A DNA stretch of 64,000 nt from assembly GCF_009914755.1 (NCBI RefSeq), contig NC_060935.1. One strand, written 5' to 3'. Positions 55,711 to 64,000 of this stretch are shown piece by piece (within the stretch, counting starts at the first letter, position 1; the number at the start of each line of letters is the position of its first letter). The notes beneath the pieces were generated by a model that was not told where the DNA came from, did no database searches, and worked only from the letters and a program-made list of their open reading frames with translations. The position numbers and the translations under genes were made by a program. The DNA is from the human T2T-CHM13v2.0 reference genome, Homo sapiens.

Positions 55711-56599
55711 GTATCTTAGAATGACTAAGCTTCCATTCTATTTCCTAAGGCAGTCAGTCATCAAAACTACCCGAGCCATAAATCTAAATATTTATAAAGC
55801 TATATCCTAAAATAATTATTTAAAATCTTTTTTCTAGGATGTAAGTAATTTTATCCTTAACACATATGCTGCATTTTTCTGGTCTTATTCTGGTTTCTAA
55901 ATATAATAATGCACAAACAAAAAACTTGGTTAGAATTCAACACTTCCTGCTGTTCATTCGGCTACCTGATGCCCAGTAATGTTTACATCATAATTGGTTT
56001 CTAAGGAAATGATTATATCATCATAAACTAGATATCTTGTTTTGAAGAATTCTGCTTTGATGCAGATAGCTTTTCAATGGGAAATAAGATGAAGTACAAT
56101 AAAGAGTACAAATTTAGGCATCACTGCCTATGATATTGAGGATGGGAAAAAAATTGAAAATATGCTTTTGAAAACTCCTTCAGATCATCAAGTCCTACCA
56201 ATATTGAAACAGTATGGACACATAACCATAATGCTTTCTTATTCTTGCTTTATAGATGGAAAGGTTTGCAGCCCCTGGAATTGCAGAGCAGAAACATTCT
56301 GGATTGCTTTTGCAGAGCAACATATGGTTACAGAGTCACTTAGGAATATTAGTAGTTTCTTTGGCAATGCAGAGATTTTGCTACATATTTGTTCTTGAAT
56401 ATAGCTAAAGGCTGCTCAAATTATTTTATTGGATGATATTTAACTCCAAGTATTTTGGAATGTTTGAAAATTATGTAACAAATTTAAAGGCTATTCATTT
56501 TGCCAAAGGTGCCAAAACTAATGACATTTGAACAATATCGTCCAAATCGAGGTCTGTGCTGTAGAAAGAAAAGTAAAAAATTCTATTCTGCTACTACTG

Positions 56600-57000
56600 T
56601 TATTCATTCATCAAATCGTTAATATTTCTCCATAATATTTTTTAAAACCCATATATTGATATTGATTCCATTATCTATCAACCACTGTGTCAGGTGCTGG
56701 AGCTGTAAAACTAAAAATAGTGTAATTCCTGTGTTTAGGATATCGTCCTATATTGAAAAGCAACATACAAATAAACTAATAACGCAGACACAATGAGGTG
56801 TGTTTAAAGTCCCCCAGGAATTGCTATGAAAACACTAAAAATAAATATTATTGCCTCTGGAAATGTATGGGGTGAAGTCTAATTCAAAGAAGACTTGACA
56901 GAAGAGCTAACAGTTGAGCAGGGTCTTGAGGGATGAATAGGTGTTTCTCAGCAAGATAACTTGCAGAAAAAATTGTATGTTTAGGGGCCTTAAGGAATAA
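56600..57000 (-). mobile_element. L2 3' end, antisense
   Basis: ttcattcatcaa start; gtcaggtgctggagc; ttgagcagggtcttgagggatgaatagg. Confidence 0.6.
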
Positions 57001-57439
57001 AAACAAGCACGGGCTATTAAGATCTATGATGTGACCAAAACACCAAAAAGGGAAATGGCAGAAATGTTAACTACTGAAATTTATTCAATAACTGCGGTTG
57101 AATATGGATGAATATTCTCTAATAACACATGGAACAGTATGTCCAAAAGCCTAGAGGCAGTTAACTACAGTTCTTTCTCAACTTTCCACTTCTTCGTTAA
57201 TACATGAAATACAAGCTAGTATCTTATTATTCCCCATACTTGCTTTAAATGCCAACCAAAGCAGTATTATCAACTACTGACTGTTCCTGACGTCCAAAGC
57301 CCATCCAACTGCAGACTCTACGCTCCTTTGTGTCAGTGTTTTAGGTTTTCTAAGAGAAATTGCCCTTACACTGAACAAAGAGTAAGTGGTTAGAGTTCAT
57401 TTTGAGTGGTAGCCCTCCATTTCTGTAGAAATTATATAC

Positions 57440-57850
57440 TGAGTTAAACAGTTAATAAGTTCTTTACGAAAAATAAAAGAAACCCCAAATCAAATTGGTG
57501 TAAAATAAAGGAGAGGCATGTTAGCTCATATCTAAAGGAGAACAGACTGGAGAGGGTTGTGAGTTGTTTTATGTCAGAGTCTCCCTCTACCCTTCATGCC
57601 GACGTACACCATATGGGGCGGATTCATCTTCGTTTGTAGGTTGGTCACCAATAACAAGTTGATCTATATTTTTTCTTAGTTACATGACTGACTTCCCATG
57701 GAATGCAATAAAAAGAATTGTTTCTTTCCCTAACACTGTCAGGCCCTGAATTGATCTATGGCAAAGAGGGTGGAGGAAATTATCATGGTTCGTGTTAACT
57801 TATTAGCTGCAGTAAAGTGGCTGTTGAAATGAATTACAATGTCCAGTTTG
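57440..57850 (-). mobile_element. Possible old MLT1-type LTR
   Basis: agaaaccccaaatcaaattggtgtaaaataaa...ttagctcata resembles an MLT1 LTR end; highly diverged. Confidence 0.35.
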
Positions 57851-58481
57851 AACCACCCAAAGACACTTGTTGGAATCAGTAATTCCACACAAACAGTACT
57901 TTTTTCACTTTGTTAGTAAAGCTTCAAACACTGATACTTTACTTAGTTGTTATCTAGAGGTCAGATATCACACAGTAGGCAATGGGTAGCAGTGATAGAG
58001 AAGCAAAAGAGGGGCATAATTCAACAAGCTTGCAGCTGGAATCTTCATTTCACAGAGATTCTTCACTGGGTTCTAAGAAATTATTCCTGAATTCTAAGTA
58101 ATTATTCCTAAGTATAAGATAAATTTCTGAAATTGTTACTTTTGCTCTCTGGTAAATGCATAAAAGGTGAAGAAACTGAAACTCACAGCCTTCTGGTAGG
58201 AGAAAGGATTTATGTATGTGTATTATAAAATAATCCTTTAGTAGTCAGGCAGGAATTAAATGATGTTTTGAAATAGACCCACTCAATACTCTCCAAGCAG
58301 ACATATCTGATGAACCTGTCTTCCATTCCCCTCCTCAGAAGGTCACATAAATTCAAAGTATTATTTTGTCATTAAAATAATACAAAAATAAATAATTAGA
58401 TTTACAATTTGAAATTTATTCTTAAAATGTAATTCAATATTAAATTGTGAGTACATATAACTGAAATATATAGGAATAAAA

Positions 58482-58843
58482 TGTATTAGTTCATTTTCAT
58501 ACTGCTATGAAGAAATACCCGAGACTGGGTAAATTATAAAGAAAAAGAGGTTTAATGGACTCAGTTCTACATGGCTGCAGAGGCCTCACAATCATGGCAG
58601 AAGGCAAAGGAGGAGCAAAGTCATGTTTTACATGGTGGCAGGCAAGAGAGCATGTGCAGGGGAACTGTCCTTTATAAAACCATTGGATCTCATGAAATAT
58701 ATTCACTATCACAAGAACAGCATGGGAGAAACCTGCCCCCATGATTCAGTTACCTCCCACTGGGTCCCTCCCATGACACATGGGGATTATAAGGTCTGTA
58801 ATTCAAGATAAGATTTGGGTGGGGACACAGCCAAACCATATCA
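58482..58843 (-). mobile_element. THE1D-like solo LTR
   Basis: tgtattagttcattttcatactgctatgaagaaatacccgagac...cagccaaaccatatca; exact 5-bp TSD taaaa at 58477-58481 and 58844-58848. Confidence 0.95.
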
Positions 58844-58893
58844 TAAAATAGAAACATTTAGATTTTAAATTATCAAAAAATATATTTAAAATA

Positions 58894-59229
58894 CAGTTAT
58901 AGGTAGAGTTATGATTTTTAAAATACCATGTTAAGCAATTATATCACTGTGTGATTGTTATTGCGTGTACTTACACAAACTTAGTTGGCATAGCCCAGTT
59001 CACCCCCCAGGCTATATGGTATAACCTACTGCTCCTAGGCTACAAACCTGAGCAGCAGGTTACTCTACTGCATAGTGTACACCATTGCAATACAATGGTA
59101 AGTATTGTTCATCTAAACATATCTAAACAAAAAAAGATACAGTAAAAATACCCTAATATAATCTTATGGGATGTCCATCATATATGCAGTCCATCATTGG
59201 TTGAAATGTCATTATGTGGTGCATGCCTG
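58894..59229 (-). mobile_element. Tigger3a (MER7A) MITE
   Basis: ctcctaggctacaaacctg, tctaaacatatctaaac, terminal tgtggtgcatgcctg; TA on both flanks. Confidence 0.8.
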
Positions 59230-60203
59230 TATAAAAAATATGATAGGTTAATCATCTAGAATTGTTGTAGAAAAATTACTTTTGCATTATAATTAAACAA
59301 ATGTAAAGATACATTTTAGTATGTCAGACTCTGATCTAGATATTGGAGATATAACAGTTCCTGTGACAAATAAAAAGTAGATAGAAACACGATACTTTAT
59401 TAATAAATCCCAAACTAGAATCTCAAAACACTAGATGGAATCAGAAGTGCCTTGAGGACACCTACTTCAGTCTTAGTTAATGATGAAGGCCACTGCCACA
59501 AATGGCAAGCAAATAAAAGCCGCGGTGGGAATCTAGTACTTGTGTCTCTCTACCAACTTTTTCTGGCACAACACTTTGAAAAAAATCTTCATGATTGGAT
59601 ACATTTATTATTTTAAAAATATCTTCAGAACTTTACAAAAATTTTGGAACTATCAAATAAACTAAATTTGACTTAAATGTAACTACCAAAGAATCTAGAA
59701 TGAGGTAGTACATTGGGAAGTAAAACAATTTGGCACATTAAAAAAGTGATAATGCTATGCCTATTAATATAAAATCATCCGAGTTCATTTGTAGTAAGCA
59801 TTTATCAAGGCAGTGTGTTTTGGTTGTAGATAGAAAAACATGCAGCTCAACACAAGCATAAGGAGGTTTCACAAGACCATGGCATATTTTTGTATTCTTG
59901 TAAAATGCTATCATATTGAATTAACCTATTTTAAGGCCAAAATTCTATTGGCTTTTTAATCTTAGTTAAAACTGTTCAAAACTCAATTTGTGGGGTGTGG
60001 TTATAATGTTAGCTAATAGTTACAAAGGCATAGTGGATCTTGACTTGCTACTCATTTAATATTCCGTGTGATAAAAACTTCCCAAACTCTGACTCAAAAT
60101 TTTTCTCTGACTTAGCATAGCTTCTCAGATAAAGTCTCTGCTGGGCATTATTATCAGAATTGAAATTGCTTATACAGATAAGGAGGAAAGATAAATTCAA
60201 AAC

Positions 60204-60512
60204 CCAGTGCTGTTCAATAAAAATATTGTATGAGACATTGATAAAATGTAAATTTTTTTCCAGTTGTCACATTTAGTTAAAAAAAGGTAAAATTAATTTC
60301 AAGTATATATTTTATTTCAGTAAATATATCCAATATATTGTCATTTTGAGTTGAAAACTAATATAAAAAGTATCAATGAGATTTTTTTAAATATTATGAC
60401 TTTGATCTCTGGAGTTCATTAGATCCTTATAACACATCCCAAATTGAACAGCCTCATTTCATTGCACCCAAGGACCACATGTGACTACTGGTTTCCATAT
60501 CCATTAGCAAAA
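60204..60512. mobile_element. MER33-like hAT-Charlie MITE
   Basis: cagtgctgttcaata start; aggtaaaattaatttc...tatatccaatatatt; ccacatgtgactactgg near the end. Confidence 0.7.
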
Positions 60513-61096
60513 TTATAAATTTTGTATATGTCTTTCAGTTATTGAAAATGTAAGAATTAGCAAATGATTATTTTTCTATCAAAAAATAGGAAATATTTTA
60601 AATTATTATTCTTAAGTCACAAGGTATCTGATTCTGGCATATAAAACGACTTAAAATGTAAATGTGTATATATTACATTTAGAAATAATATTTTTGAATT
60701 GTGGATAAGTGTTGTGCATAAATGTGTGTGTGACTAATATTAATTTTAAAAAACTGAGAACCGGCTGTTCTGCGGATACACAGAATCAACATGCAAATCG
60801 TTGTATTTCTGTCAGTAAATCCTTGAATTTTTCATCTTTCATATAAAAGAGCTGATCTAGGTGAATTCTAAGATCACTTTCTACCCTGTACTTCTTTATA
60901 AAAAATCTGTTTGTTATATGTGTACACACCAAACCTGTGTGTTTATGTCTGAGTGTGTCCTCTATATTTAATGAGCAGGACACAACTGCAGTGTCATGCC
61001 ATCATAGTAATTTGTGAGTTAAAAAAAATAATCTCACAGAATTATAAATCTCTAAAGCTAAGGAATTATTTACTTAAAATGAATCTAAAAAGTTTT

Positions 61097-61501
<405 letters not shown>

Positions 61502-61782
61502 TCATTCATAGGCATCCATGGACAAATGTCTCATGTAAATGTCTTTCATCCCATACACCATGGGTTCAAAGGACAGAAGTCAACGATTCCATAAATCCCT
61601 TTGTGTAACTGAGGTGGCTTAATAATGGACACAGGCTAAACACAATAGGAAGCTACTATTTTTGTCCTGTCCTTCACATCCTCTAAAAATTTGGCCCTCA
61701 ACATGTCTAAAGCCACATCTCGGGTATTGTGAATTTTTGGGTAGGACTGAGAAAGAGGCTTAGCAAAACATATGCAAAGAAA

Positions 61783-61790
61783 AGACAGGC

Positions 61791-61875
<85 letters not shown>
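61783..61875. repeat. Compound (AGAC)n(AC)~25 microsatellite
   Basis: Seen directly in the sequence. Confidence 0.95.
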
Positions 61876-61876
<1 letters not shown>

Positions 61877-62096
61877 CTGAGCAACCCACCCTGGGATTCT
61901 GGATTTTGAATTTGCATGCACCCTTTCTAACTCTATTCTCAATACATTGATTATTTGATTGCAATGCAACACACGGTGTCCCAAACTGTAGGACTATAGT
62001 TTTCAGTAGGAGCATTCATGTATAGCTTAAAGAAAACTTAAACATGAAATTCATTTAGCTCAACCACCATCCTGATATTTCTTTCCCTCATATAAA

Positions 62097-62385
62097 AGTG
62101 CTTCTCAAAGCAACAAGGCCAACTTATTTTCTCTATTTTTACAGACTGACGTTTTTGTAAAATATAAAAAAAGAGTTACTAAAAGAATAACTCAAAAAAA
62201 CAAAGCTCTACAAAATGCAAGATCACATGTTTTATTATTAGACTCAAAAGACATAAAATTACTCTGTCAAATTGCTGTAAAATTTCTAAACATCTGCTCC
62301 CATTTCTGTACTTACATATTTAGAGACTGATGCTAAGTTCACAGACTGGTCTGTGGTCCATACTCCTTTGATTAAAGCATCTCTA
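62097..62385. mobile_element. hAT-Charlie MITE (Charlie18a/MER119-like)
   Basis: gtgcttctcaaa terminus; agacataaaattactctgtcaaattgctgtaaaatttctaaac...tttctgtactta. Confidence 0.6.
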
Positions 62386-63567
62386 GACTATCTCTCTGAA
62401 TGTATGTATTTTTTATTTGTTTTCCTTTTTAATGTCACACATGACCGTTACACAGATAACGTACTAATGACCACAAAAATCTGATTTTATACATCTATTT
62501 GTTAGAAAACAAGCCTAATTTTTAGCATATTATTGATGTACTTTATCATTGACAGGGAAATCCCAGACAATGCAAAATAAGCCATGACATATATGAAAAT
62601 TCTAGATATCACAAAGAAAGACATAAGCCCATTGGTATTTGAAGATTATATGGTCGTATATTTACAAAACACCAAATAATTTACTAACATTTTATAATTA
62701 AGAGAAATATTAATATGTTGACCAGATTAAATAATAAAAATATTAATAGCATTCCTTTCCGTCAGCAAGAAGCAGTAAAAATACAATGTCAATTAAATTT
62801 GCTGGTGTGTGTTTTCATTACATTGTATCTTGTTAGTTTTGGTCTGATGCTGTCTTTGGTGAAGATATTTTTGGATTTTAAATTAGTTATCCAACATACT
62901 TCATATTTATAGCATTTAATTTGCTACATTGGTAAGTGTGTCACAACTTAATTCCAGTCACTGTACGTTCAAAAAGAAAAATTGAATAATCTAAGATGGA
63001 AACATTAGTTATCACGAAAATAGCACACTTAAAAATCCAGAGTCATATGACCAGTTTGTTAATGACTACACAGAGTTCTGTCTCCAGGGGTACCTATTTG
63101 CACCCCCAACCTCACCAATCTTCTCTTAAATGTAGACCTCCTGTTACAGGAAGGTGTAAGAACCTATGCCATCATACCTTCACTACCTGAGAAAGGATTC
63201 CATCTCATTCCCCATGAAGAGCAAAACTTTGTGAGAGCTGATCATATGATCATGGATTGTATTTGCCCTAAGGCCTCACTCATTCTGTTGTAGCAAGTGA
63301 GGTGCACTTAGATGTTAAGTATATCATATGCTCTGATATTGTTTTATATGCCAATAATAAAAATACATATAGAAAGAAAGTTATAGAATTGATCTTATGC
63401 ACTCTTTAGGGGGCATCAAAGATGATTGAAAATCACTCTTTTATGTTCTCCTTAGGTCACTGTCTCCTAGTAAGATAGAAATCCATTTCAGATTTCTAAG
63501 CAAATTTATTTTATAATATAACTCTCAAGGAGAAAAGTCCTGTGTCCCATAGGGTTTTGCTGTTGTT

Positions 63568-63785
63568 GTTTAAGCACTGGCTTTGGATTTAGGCCAAAAT
63601 TTGACTCAACGTCGATGTTTACTTTGCTAGATGTCCTACAGCAAGTTATTTAATCTCTCTGAGCTTTACCTCCCCTTGTTCTAAAAAATCACCTATCTCA
63701 TAGGGTGATTGTATTAATGAGATAAAGTATAGAAAGTCCCAGAACAACAAAAGACCTCCTAAGTGACCATTATTGTTATTATTAC
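63568..63785 (+). mobile_element. MIR
   Basis: gcaagttatttaatctctctgagc; cctatctcatagggtgattgt...aatgagataa. Confidence 0.7.
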
Positions 63786-64000
63786 CTCATCCACCATTAT
63801 CATCTTTATTATCATGTCACCTCCGTATCTATAGTTCCATCCAGTTCCTCAACATCACAGGACAATCAGGGCTTTATGTTATGGCATCTCACTAGTGACA
63901 TGGCCTGTAATAAATCTCTTGTTTTTGCCAGCTTCCATTCCCTAAACTCTTAAAGAACGGTGTTAAAATCGGTTTGTTTGTATTGGACATTTTACTATAA

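Noticed and set aside
61636-62015. CVCVCV / THTHTH ORFs
   Set aside because: They are translations of the microsatellite.

Overview
Primate (almost certainly human) AT-rich intergenic or deep-intronic DNA. I recognise no protein-coding exon, RNA gene, CRISPR array or CpG island, and I cannot name the locus. The ORFs are either retrotransposon remnants (L1 ORF2p at 2485-2709, 19370-19833 and 49433-49654; Alu and THE1 read-through) or chance ORFs. Roughly half of the window is transposable elements: 10 Alus, several old L1s, one young L1PA 3' end, HAL1, L2, MIR, a full-length THE1 provirus plus a THE1 solo LTR, MLT1 LTRs, two Tigger3a copies and hAT-Charlie MITEs. Subfamily calls come from recalled consensus sequences, not a RepeatMasker run. 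The sequence does not support a novel biological system. The most interesting signals are mutational scars: (i) a 30.3-32.1 kb cluster of template-switch and duplication events, including an AluY with a ~143-bp deletion and a fold-back inverted insert; (ii) a THE1 provirus whose two LTRs disagree at diagnostic positions; (iii) two L1s inserted serially at one target site inside a third L1, one with a twin-priming inversion. Several unique, CpG-retaining stretches (11.6-12.2, 14.1-14.4, 17.4 and 51.4-53.5 kb) are candidate regulatory elements.
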